Of a stretch of DNA of 64,000 bases, positions 53,539 through 64,000 are shown in pieces; the first letter of the stretch is position 1; each line of letters begins with the position of its first letter. The position numbers were made by a program, and so were the translations under genes. The stretch spans positions 46,748,001 through 46,812,000 of the forward strand of contig NC_043005.1 in NCBI RefSeq assembly GCF_006345805.1. Direction: 5' to 3'. The notes beneath the pieces were generated by a model. That model saw only the letters and a program-made list of their open reading frames with translations, was not told the DNA's origin and made no database searches. This DNA comes from Octopus sinensis (Eukaryota).

Positions 53539-53869
53539 CATATCTGGGCACAGGACATCACGAAACGTGTACAACAAAAAAGTACGAAGTACGAGTACAT
53601 GGAATATGAACTATTTTTCGAACAACGAAAGATACAAATGGAAAACGAGACAAACAACATAAAAAGGACCCTTTATCAGTTGTTGGCTGTTTTTCTACTC
53701 TCGTATTTCGAGCATTTAGCCAACAACTGATGAAGGGGCGTTCTTTATGTTGTTTGTCTTGTTTTCTATTTGTGTCTTTCGTTGTCCAAAAAATAGTTCA
53801 TATTCATGTAGTCGCACTTCGTAGTTTTTGTTGCGCACGCTTCGTGACGTCCTGTGCCCACATATGCAT
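53437..53869. mobile_element. Fold-back PLE-terminal-repeat-like element
   Basis: Inverted arms 53536-53688 and 53718-53869 (~150 bp, imperfect) with a 29-nt spacer; flanked by (TA)n. Confidence 0.8.
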
Positions 53870-54056
53870 ATATATATATATATATATATTATATATTAAT
53901 ATATATATATATATATATATACGTATAGAAGTATGTACATATACGTATGTATATATGCATATCTAGCTTTCGCTATCATTGAATTACTTAATAGAGTTTA
54001 TTTCTCTTAATTATATATATATGCATATATATATATATTATTGATATTAAATAAAT

Positions 54057-54112
<56 letters not shown>

Positions 54113-54289
54113 GCACACACTCCATCACTTCAATATCTATCTCTCCATGTCCCCTATTTCTCTAAGCTGTCTGTATCTATTTTGTATGGCTCTTTCCAAC
54201 TCCTACTCCCCCTCTTCTTGATCTACTCTATCTACCACCCGTCTTCCTGCCATAACTTTCTCTTTGTGTCTCTTTAATCTTCTCACTCT

Positions 54290-55910
54290 TTCCTACTGCC
54301 TCACACCACTTTTATGGCTACCAGCATTGCCACCACCTTCACCACCACTAACACTACCACCACTACTATCATCACCACCACCACCAGCAGCAGCAACAAC
54401 AACAACAACACCTGCACTACTACCAGTACTATGTCCCCTACTACGACCACTAAAATTCCCCACCATCATCATCACCACCGCCTCCACCACCACCACCACC
54501 ACCACCACCACCACCACCACCACCATCACCGCCACGACCAAAACCACCATCACCACCACCACCATCACCGCCACGACCAAAAACACCACCACCACCACCA
54601 GTCCCACAACCGCCGCCGCCAAAACCAGTGCCACCCAGGGTTCTACTTTAATTTCTATTCCATGTCACACATTCTCTTTTATATACCCATCTCCCCACTT
54701 TCCCGCGACTTCTCCCTCTTTACCCCTCCCATACTTTTACCCTTAAATCACTACACCCCGTCCTCCTCATCTCTCTCTCTCACCTATTACGACTGATTCT
54801 CTCTCTCTCTTCTCCTCCTATCTTACATCATAATGTGACGCCACATTAACCTTCCTCTCTGTATTTCACCTTTAACACCCCCGCCTTCCTATACTCTTAC
54901 ACTCTTTTTATCTCTCTCTCTCTCTCTCTCTCTCCCATCTATTACGCCACCGCCATCATCGTCCCCGACATCATTATTCCTCCGTGTCCATCATCATCCT
55001 TTTTGTCGTTTCGCATGTCGTTCCTCTTAGCTTTCTTCATCTATCTCTTTATACTTTAACACCGCCAACACCACCATCCCCCACCCCACCAAAACCCCTA
55101 CTCCCACCACCACCACCACCACCACCGCTACCACCACCGCCATCGCCGTCGCCGGCGCCGCAGCCGACATCGCAGCCGCCACCACTGACACTGCCACGAC
55201 CGACATCACCAACACCATCATCTTCAATACTTATGCACCAACTACCACGACTCTACTACCACCTTTACCAACACTACTGTCACCCCTACAACTACGACCT
55301 ATACGTCGATCTTCTTCAACACTATGGTGATCACTATCGCCACCATTTTCACGTTCCTCGCTCTCTCTTCAATACTAACGCCATCATCATCATCAGCAAC
55401 ATTGTCATCACGATCATTTTTATCATCATCATCGTCATCATCATCGTCGTCGTCATCGTCATCGTCATCATCATCATCATCATCATCGTCATCGTCATCA
55501 TCACCATCATCATCGTCATTGTCATCGTCATCAACGTCGTCGTCATCATCATCATTATCATCATCATCATCGTCGTCGTCGTCAGCAATATTGTCATCAC
55601 GATCATCATCATCATTATCGTCGTCGTCGTCGTCGTCGACATCCCCATCCTCCTCCTCATCATCATCATTACCATCATTACGACTAATACCATTCCTACC
55701 ATCGCTTTCATCGCCAAGCATCATCATCATCAACAGAAGTAGTCCACCATCATTAGTACTGTCACTACGACGACGATGACGACGACGGCGATGATATCAC
55801 CGCCGTCGATGCTACCACCACCACCACCACCACTACCACCAGTCACAATCCTTCAAAACATGGCACCGATGCGCGCTACCACACAGTTTCACTCATCTCT
55901 CACCACTACT
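54290..55910. repeat. Compound (CAC/CAT/CGT)n low-complexity field
   Basis: Seen directly; source of the poly-D/S/I/P ORFs. Confidence 0.95.
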
Positions 55911-56225
55911 ACCCACGACAACAATCGCACTCTCTACCCCCACCTCCCTAATCACTCAGTTGGTCGCCGTCTCCTTCATTCGTCAGTCATTTTTAATCTA
56001 GTCTCCTCTAAAGCACAACAACATTCCGTCTTTGGATATTTCCGTCCATCTTATGGTCAACTACACCATGTTTTTCTACAGATCTCCCTCCAGTTCTTTC
56101 CTACCATACGTCATTTAGTTCTCCGTTTCTTATTTCAATTTTATTTGGATTCCCCACCTCACTAAGATTTTCAGCTTTTCTTCTTCTCTCTCTCTCTCTC
56201 TCTCGCTCTTTCTCTCTTCCTCGAA

Positions 56226-56259
<34 letters not shown>

Positions 56260-56503
56260 CATACATAATACATACATACATGCATACATACACATATATA
56301 TACATATATGTATACATATGTATGTATATATATACGTTATATATATATGTATACATACGTATATATATATATATATATAATATATATATATATACACACA
56401 CACACATATATATATATACATGTATATACATATACACATGTATACATTTCTGTATACTGGGAGAGAGATAGAGATAGAAATAGTAAGAGGGTTTAATAAA
56501 CAG

Positions 56504-56535
<32 letters not shown>

Positions 56536-56597
56536 AGTGTGTATATATATTATATATATATATAATATGTGTTATATATATCTATATATATAACATA

Positions 56598-56629
<32 letters not shown>

Positions 56630-56763
56630 GAAAGTGATCAGGAAGAGATAGACATAGAGAGAGAAGAGAACTAGTAGGAAGCTTTGCTAAGCTAACTAGA
56701 TAGATAGCAGAGAGACAGACAGACGAGACAGATAGACAGTAGATTGACAGATTGGCATAAGTA

Positions 56764-56795
<32 letters not shown>

Positions 56796-56805
56796 TATTA
56801 TATAC

Positions 56806-56853
<48 letters not shown>

Positions 56854-57064
56854 TATATATATATATGTTATATATATATTATATATATAATATATATTAT
56901 ATATATTATATATCCATATATATTCACTTATTGCCAATCTGTCAATCTGACTGTCTGTCTGTCTCTGTCTGTCTGTCTCTCTGCCTATCTATCTAGTTAG
57001 CTTAGCAAGAGCTTCCTACTAGTCTCTCTCTCTCTCTATGTCTATCTCTTCCTGATCCACTTTC
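56630..57064. repeat. ~435-bp palindrome centred on (TA)n
   Basis: 56630-56764 and 56922-57064 are reverse complements that differ mainly by 1-nt indels. Confidence 0.85.
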
Positions 57065-57359
57065 TTTCGTTCATTCACTCATTCGTTCATTTTTCTTTCC
57101 TTCTTTCTTTCTGCTACTTTTCTTCCTATATTTCCTGCCTTCTCTTTACTTTTCTTTCTTCTCTTCTCCTTCTTCTCAAGTATTCTATCATTCATCATCT
57201 TTCACTATGTTTTACTAATGGTCACTTCACTTACTCCCCGTCTCTTCCTCCTCTCCCTTACCTCTCATTACTCTCCACATCCTGCCCTCTTTTGCCTCCG
57301 CTCCTTTTGCTTTGTTGGTCTCTTTCTCTTCTCCCTGACTTCCCCGTGTCTTCTTGCAT

Positions 57360-57361
57360 TT

Positions 57362-57423
<62 letters not shown>

Positions 57424-57624
57424 TTTCATTTATTTGCCACTAGGGTGAAGGATGAAGGGGGATAATACAAAACATAATAGTACTACTACTAATAATGATA
57501 ATGATGATGACAATGATGATGATAATGATAATGATGATAATGATGATGATACTTCCCTACCAACCTATATTATTCGTTCGTATATTTTCTTGTTTTAACC
57601 TCTCCCCTCCATCTTTTCTTCCCC

Positions 57625-57662
<38 letters not shown>

Positions 57663-57925
57663 GCATCGTCATTACCTACAGCATTCTGCTACTTTTTTCA
57701 TATTTTCCTCCACCTCCTCCTCCCCTCCTTTTTCTTTTTCTTCTTTTCTTCTTCCTCGTTTTTCCTTCCGCATCTTATTTTCTCTATCCTCCTCTCCTCC
57801 TCCCCTTCTCTTCCTTCATCCTCCATCACTTATTCTTCTTCTTCTCTTCTTCTTCTTCTTCTTCTTCTTCTTCTTCTTCTTCTTCTCTTCTTCTTTCTCC
57901 TCTTCTTCTTCTTCCATTATTATTA

Positions 57926-57966
<41 letters not shown>

Positions 57967-58949
57967 CATTATTATTATTATTAACCTTTCTTGGTTACAA
58001 TTCTCCCTTATACAATTTTAAAGTTCTCCTTATCCCCATCTTCTTACACCTCATCCAATACCACCAAAAGCCTTATCCTCTTCTTTTTCCCTCATCCTTC
58101 TTCTTTTTCTTCTTCTTCTCTTCTTTCTCTTCTCTTCTTCTTCTTCTTCTTCTTCTTCTTCTTCTTCTTTTTTCTTTTTCTTCTTCTTCTTTATCATCAT
58201 CATCACCACTCCACCGCTAATAGCTCCTTTCTTCTCCTCGCCCTGCTTTCCCTCTTTTCACTTCACCTCTTGATCATTATTACCATCACCAATCATCATC
58301 ATCACGATCACCATCGTCACCATCATCATCATCATCATCTTCATCATCATCATCATCATCACCTCATCACCATCACCACCATCACCACCATCACCACCAC
58401 CATCACCACAACTGCCACCACCCACCCAATCACGCTCACCGTCCGCCATCATAATCATGATGATCATAATCGTCATCATAATCATTATCATCATCGTCAT
58501 CATCGTCGTCGTACCATCACGACCACCACCACCACTACCACCACCGCCGCCACCACTATGTAAATGTGTGCAGTAGGGCTGTGCTGTGACATGTCTGCTC
58601 CACTGATGTCACCGCTGTCTAACTGTCGTAATTAATGGGCAGCAGCTGTTTGCGAATTTTGTTTGGCCGCCATTTTTAACAATACCATCAGGCAGAGATG
58701 AACTTACCTACACTACAAATTACAATCACCACCACCACCACCACCACCACCACCACCACCACACCACCACCACCACCCGACGGACACCGCCACAACTAAC
58801 GCCACCACTACCACGCTATCTTTGGGATCATCGTTATCAATGACAGTGACCAGTGTCACCCGCACTACTGATGCTGCTGCTGCTACTGCTACTACTACTA
58901 CTACTTCTACTACTACTACGTTTTCTATGTTGATGTACATTGTTATTGG

Positions 58950-59002
<53 letters not shown>

Positions 59003-59210
59003 TGGATGATGATGATGGTGATGGTGATGAAGAAGATGATGCTGATAATGATGACGGCGATGATGATATCGATGATGACATTGATGACGATGTTGAGGAT
59101 GTTGATGGTTTGGATGATGATGATGATGATGATGATGACGATGATGATGATGGCGTTGATGATAGGGGTGGCGAGAAACTTGATGGTGATGGTGAGTGTC
59201 ACGTCCCATC
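57360..59210. repeat. Compound (AAT/CTT/CAT/GAT)n field
   Basis: Seen directly; interrupted by a unique island at 58560-58715. Confidence 0.95.
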
Positions 59211-59519
59211 TACCGTCCACCCACTGAAGCTGAGTTATATACTCAGAAGCGTTCTAGCCTTGACCATCCCAATTTCCCGTTTTTTAAATATGACAGTGTT
59301 GTGCCATGACATTTTCTTCTTTAAGACAATGCATTACTGTTTTGGGAACAGATTTAACTGCCTGTTTTTGCACATATCGAGTCGTCACGTAGAGACACCT
59401 TCGTTGTTTTGGCAGCGAAGATTATTTTGCTCTTTAGTCCTAGGTCAGCCTTGATTGAGCAGAACTGTAATGAAAAGTATTTCAGCCGTGGATCCTGTCT
59501 TATTTCCAAAGAATATATC

Positions 59520-60156
59520 TATTTCTTTTATCTTTTATTCGTTTCGTCATCAGACTGCGGCCATGATGGGGGAACCACCTTCAAGACATTTCAGTCTAAT
59601 TAATCGACCCGAGTAATTATTCTCTTTCAAGCATAGCACCAATATTCTATCCGTGTCTTCAACTAGACTAAGTGAGGGGATGTAAACACACCAACAGTGG
59701 CTGTCAACCAGCAGTGCGAGATGAACACAGACACAGACACACACATACACGTATATATATATATATAGGGAAAGTTTACGAAAAACACAAAAGACGAAGA
59801 CATGTGGTGTATATATATTTTATTTATGCTCCCTTTTCAAGCCTAGCCAGGCTCATGGGCCCGGTTTCCCGGTTTCTGTGGTGTATCTGTTCTCCCAGTC
59901 CATCTCAGCGTTACTCAATAAATAAAAAGAGAGAGTGAGAGAAAGTTGGGGCGAAAGAGTACAATAGGGGTCGCCACCCTCCACTCCCTGCCGGAGCCTC
60001 GTGGAGCTTTAGGTGTTTTCGCTCAATAAACACACACAACACCCGGTCTGGGAATCGAAACAGCGATCCTCCGACCGCGAGTCCGCTGCCCAAATCACTG
60101 GCCCATTGTGGCTCCACACACACACACATATGTATATACATATAAATAATAAATAA

Positions 60157-60195
<39 letters not shown>

Positions 60196-60439
60196 AATAT
60201 AAATACATACATACAGACATACATACATACATATTATATATATATATATATATATATATCATATATATATATATATATCAGTTTCCGTCTACCAAATCCA
60301 CTCACAAGGTTTTGGTCGGCCTGAGGCTATGGTTAAAGATATTTGCCGCAGGTACCAACCAACCACGCAGTGGGACTGAACCCCGAACTACGTGGTGTGG
60401 AACTAAGCTCCTTACCACACAGCCACGCCTGCGCCTATG
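59520..60439 (-). mobile_element. SINE family A split in its internal microsatellite
   Basis: Tail half at 59520-59765 and head half at 60278-60439, with a family B copy between them. Confidence 0.8.
59826..60118 (-). mobile_element. SINE family B (part of V-like core deleted)
   Basis: Aligns end to end with 8086-8394. Confidence 0.9.
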
Positions 60440-60679
60440 TTCAGGAATATTCATCATGTTACTCATCCAATTTTTTTTTAATTGGGAGAATGTATAGTTT
60501 CAGTGATAACTGCTGTCGTTTTTGCTTTTGTTGTTGCAGTTATTGTTGTTGTTGTTACAGTTTTCGCTATTTTCTTCGTTTTGTTGTCATTTGCTGTTGT
60601 CGTTCTTGTGTCGTTGTTTTGCTGTTATTGTTAATGTTACTGTTTCTTCTTTATAGCATTTCGTCCGTGTTTACCTTGT

Positions 60680-62110
60680 AAGTAAAAATTGAGCTGAGGT
60701 CGACTTTGCCTTTTACGCTTTCGGAGTCGATACACTAAGTACAAGTTGAGCAATGCAGTCAATGTAATCGACTATCCACCTCCCCTTTAAATTTCAGGCC
60801 TTGTGCCTATAGTAGAAAAGTTTATTACTATTGTTAAGACGGCGAGCTGGCAGAATCGTCAACAAACCGGGCGAAATGCCGCTAAGCATTTCACCCGTCC
60901 ATTCGTTCAGAGTTCAAATTTCGCCGAGGTCGACTTTGCCTTTCATCCTTTCAGGATCGATAAATTAAGTACCAGGGAAACACTCGGGTCGAGTGGAGGG
61001 GACTAGTCCCCTCCTTCGAAATTTCAAGCCTTGTGCCTATAGTAGGAAAGATTGTTATTATTATTAAGGGGGCGGTTTGCCAGAATCGTTAGCAAGCCGG
61101 GCTAAATGTTTAGTGAGATATCGTCCGACTTTACGTTCTGAGTTCAAATTTCGCCGAGGTCATCTTTGTCTTTCATCCTTCTGGGGTCGATAAAATAAGT
61201 ACCAGTTGAGCACTGGGGTTCAATGTAATCGACTTTATCTCTTTCTCCGAATTTGCTGGCCTTGTGCCAAAATTTGAAATCATTATTGTTGTTTGTCCCT
61301 TCTCGAGCCACGCCTGGCTCATAGGGCCGGTTTCCAGTTTCCTTTGCGTATAGTTTTCCCACCTGGATCGACGCCGGTCCGTCGCAGGTGAGCTGGAAGA
61401 TGCAGGAAGAAAGAGTGAGAGAAAGTTGTGGCGAAAGAGTCAGCAGAAGTTCGCCATTACCCTCTGCCAGAGCCGCGTGAAGCTTAGGTTTTTCGCTCAT
61501 GAGCACAAACATCGCCTGGTCTGAGATTCGAACCCGCAATCCACCGACCGCGAGTCCGCTGCTCTAACCACTAGGCCATATGCCTCCACGAAATCATTAT
61601 TACTATTGCCTAAAAGGGCGGTGATCTGGCAGAATCTATTGCACGTTGAATAAAATGTTTCGCGGCATTTCGTCTGTCCTTACATTTTGAGTTCAAATTC
61701 CGCCGGGGTCGACTTTGGCTTTCGTCCTTTTCAGGCCGGCAAGGTAAGTACAAGTTGAGCGTAGGTTCGATCCAATCGACTAACTCCCTCTTCCAACACA
61801 ATTTGTACCTATACTAGAAAGTATAAGTACACATGCTGTTTAACTGCAGTTCATGACCATCCCACCTAACATTAAGACAACGTATTTTGGAGTATGATAA
61901 TCCTTTCTACTAAAGGCACAAGGTCTGAAATTTGAGGGAGGAGGTAAGTCGATCACATCGACCCTAGTACTCAACTGGTACTTATTTTATCGACCCAGAA
62001 AAGATGAAAGGAAAAGTCGACATCTACAGAATTTGAACTCAGAAGGTAAAGAAGGACGAAAACTCGTTAAGCATTTCGCCCGTGTTTTAACAATTCTGCC
62101 AGCTCACCGC
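60680..62110. mobile_element. Cluster of five family C SINEs (four on +, last on -)
   Basis: Copies near 60680-60835, 60838-61065, 61068-61290, 61615-61830 (+) and 61905-62110 (-). Confidence 0.85.
61295..61589 (-). mobile_element. SINE family B inserted in a family C tail
   Basis: TSD-like gaaatcattatt at 61276-61287 and 61590-61601; V-like cctgcgacggaccggcgtcgatccagg. Confidence 0.9.
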
Positions 62111-62384
62111 CTGATCTTGGAGTATAATAATGATGATGATGGTGAAGGTAGTGGTAGCGGTGGTGACGGCGATAATAACACTGGTGATGGAGATGATGAA
62201 GATGATGATGATGAAGATGATGATGATGTTATTGTTGCCGTTGTCAGCTTCGACGTTATGGTCGTCGTTGTTGTAGTTGCTCTTATCTAGCCTCAGGTCA
62301 ACTGTGATCAAGCAGCTAGGAATCCTTGATGAATAGTAGAAGCGCACTAGCAAAGATGGTGTGTATAATGATAAAACAAGGTAA

Positions 62385-62720
62385 AGGGTAAAGACCTCTT
62401 TTGGTCATGAATGACCATGGGATTGCACCTAGAAATTTACTCTCCGAGCTACAAGTCCGAGCAAAGTTGCTTATAGACCAACAGTCGCCCATGCATACCA
62501 CTTCCTCTCTCAACGCCACCAATTTTATCCAAAGGAAATGCAAAGTCCGATACAGCTTGGCACCTGTGACATCGCATCTCATTTCTATAGATGGGTGAAC
62601 TAGGGCAATGTGAAATAAAGTATCTTGCTCAAGAATACAACACAGCCCGGCCCGGGAACCGAACTCACAACGTCATGATTGTGAGCCGGACGCTCTAACT
62701 ACTGAGCCATGCTTCTTCAG
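62385..62720 (-). mobile_element. SINE family D (tRNA-Met-like head plus CORE-like segment)
   Basis: Minus strand tggctcagtagttagagcgtccggctcacaatcatgacgttgtgagttcgg resembles elongator tRNA-Met; followed by gtattcttgagcaagatactt. Confidence 0.75.
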
Positions 62721-63439
62721 TCTGTGATCAACATTAGCTGTTTTTGAATACACTGATGTTGGACTCTTGAAATAATTACGCTGGGTTGGAATTGTTGAAA
62801 CGTAATAGTGGCAATGTCGGAAGCGGTATTAGTATTGTTGTAAGATGAAACTCAAGGTGGACTAGCAATGGTTTGCACAAAATTATGCCAAGGGAACTTC
62901 GGGGCTCCGGAGCAAATGAAATCTGAATTCCGAGGTCGCTAGGTCGATGAGTAAAGGTTTGGTAACAGAGGAGAGGTGGGAATGGGTACTCTTTGGTCAT
63001 AGTGTGGCTAAAGGTTCGAGAGAGAGAGAGGGGGGGGAGACATACAGACTGACAGACAGACAGATAGAGTCAGAGAGAGAGACAGAGACAGAGAGACAGG
63101 CAGGGAGATGAGAGTAGTGGGGTGTCTAAGCAATAGCGTACCAAGTTTGTGGGGTTGAGAGGTTGAGTAGTACTGACTGAAGGGAGTGGAGAGTACGTTA
63201 GTAAAACAGTAGGGAGACAGTTTTATGAGATGACATGAGATGTAGAGACAGACGAGAAAGAAAGATGCGAGAGTAGAATGATGAGTTGTGTAGGTGATGC
63301 ATGTAGGGATGGAGAAAAAGAAGTAAGAATTAAGAGTTATGTAGTAAACAGTTGAGAGAATGAGGAGGGGGTAGAGAGGGAGAGATGACACATGAGAAAC
63401 AAAAAAAAAAAGAAACAATGAGAGATAGGGATGTACAAA

Positions 63440-63621
63440 TGGAGTGACGGTATGGGGGAATCAATCAGACGATAGATAGATTGATAGATAGATATAGATA
63501 AATAGACACTCTGACAGACACACAGATAGATATGTAGACAGAAAGACTGGCAGACCAATAGACAGACAGACCCATGGACAGAAAGACAGATAAATAGATA
63601 GATAGGTCGATAGATAGATAG

Positions 63622-63672
<51 letters not shown>

Positions 63673-63865
63673 CAGACGGACAGACGGACAAGTAGATAGA
63701 TTGATAGCTAGATAGATATAGATAAATAGACAGACTGATAGACAGATAGGTAGAAAGAAAGACTGACAGACAGATAGAAAGGCAGGCAGACGGACAGAAA
63801 GACAGACAAACAAATAGACAGACAGACGACGAAAGACAGACAGAGATAGATAGATAGATAGATAG

Positions 63866-63901
<36 letters not shown>

Positions 63902-64000
63902 CAGGAAGACAGATGGATGGACGGACAGATGAACAGACAGACAGATAGATAGATCTAGATAGCTATGGATAATAGAGAGACTGACAGACAGATAGATGTG
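63440..64000. repeat. (GATA)n/(GACA)n tetranucleotide field
   Basis: Seen directly. Confidence 0.95.

Noticed and set aside
54984-55779. Long ORFs (252 aa Pro/Ile-rich, poly-Asp, poly-Ser)
   Set aside because: They are translations of (CAT/CGT/CAC)n repeats that are open in several frames; there is no domain or splice evidence.
58695-58720. Minus-strand splice donor AG/GTAAGT
   Set aside because: Upstream sequence is (GGT)n with no acceptor or credible reading frame.
58822-59454. 210-aa Asp-rich ORF
   Set aside because: It is a (GAT)n microsatellite plus unrelated flank.
62760-63400. Possible PLE endonuclease tail
   Set aside because: The resemblance is too vague to support a call.
1-64000. 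CRISPR array, rRNA or prokaryotic-style operon
   Set aside because: No regularly spaced repeats with unique spacers; recurring motifs are dispersed SINEs and simple repeats.

Overview
AT-rich, repeat-saturated animal DNA. The SINE families and microsatellite load look like an Octopus-type coleoid cephalopod (my recollection of these families; check by BLAST). I found no host protein-coding exon, rRNA, true tRNA or CRISPR array. Almost all ORF-track entries are translated microsatellites or decayed transposon ORFs. The window holds at least four tRNA-derived SINE families (labelled A-D here, over 25 copies or fragments). It also holds about eight Tc1/mariner relics: one full-length dead mariner, two DD41D-type fragments and a head-to-head fold-back mariner. 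Other relics are a decayed Ty3/Gypsy element with a tRNA-Ser PBS, a LINE ORF1 and several Penelope-like (PLE) pieces. The main result is a set of sequence-unrelated minimal type-I hammerhead ribozyme motifs in short PLE-like repeats that sit in (TA)n tracts. Two have a complete core and stems (53177-53211 and 36379-36469, both minus strand), one has a weak stem I (20517-20557), and three are relics. One ribozyme is partly overlapped by a perfect 101-bp inverted duplication of itself. There are also several fold-back or template-switch structures and short unique islands that may be regulatory.
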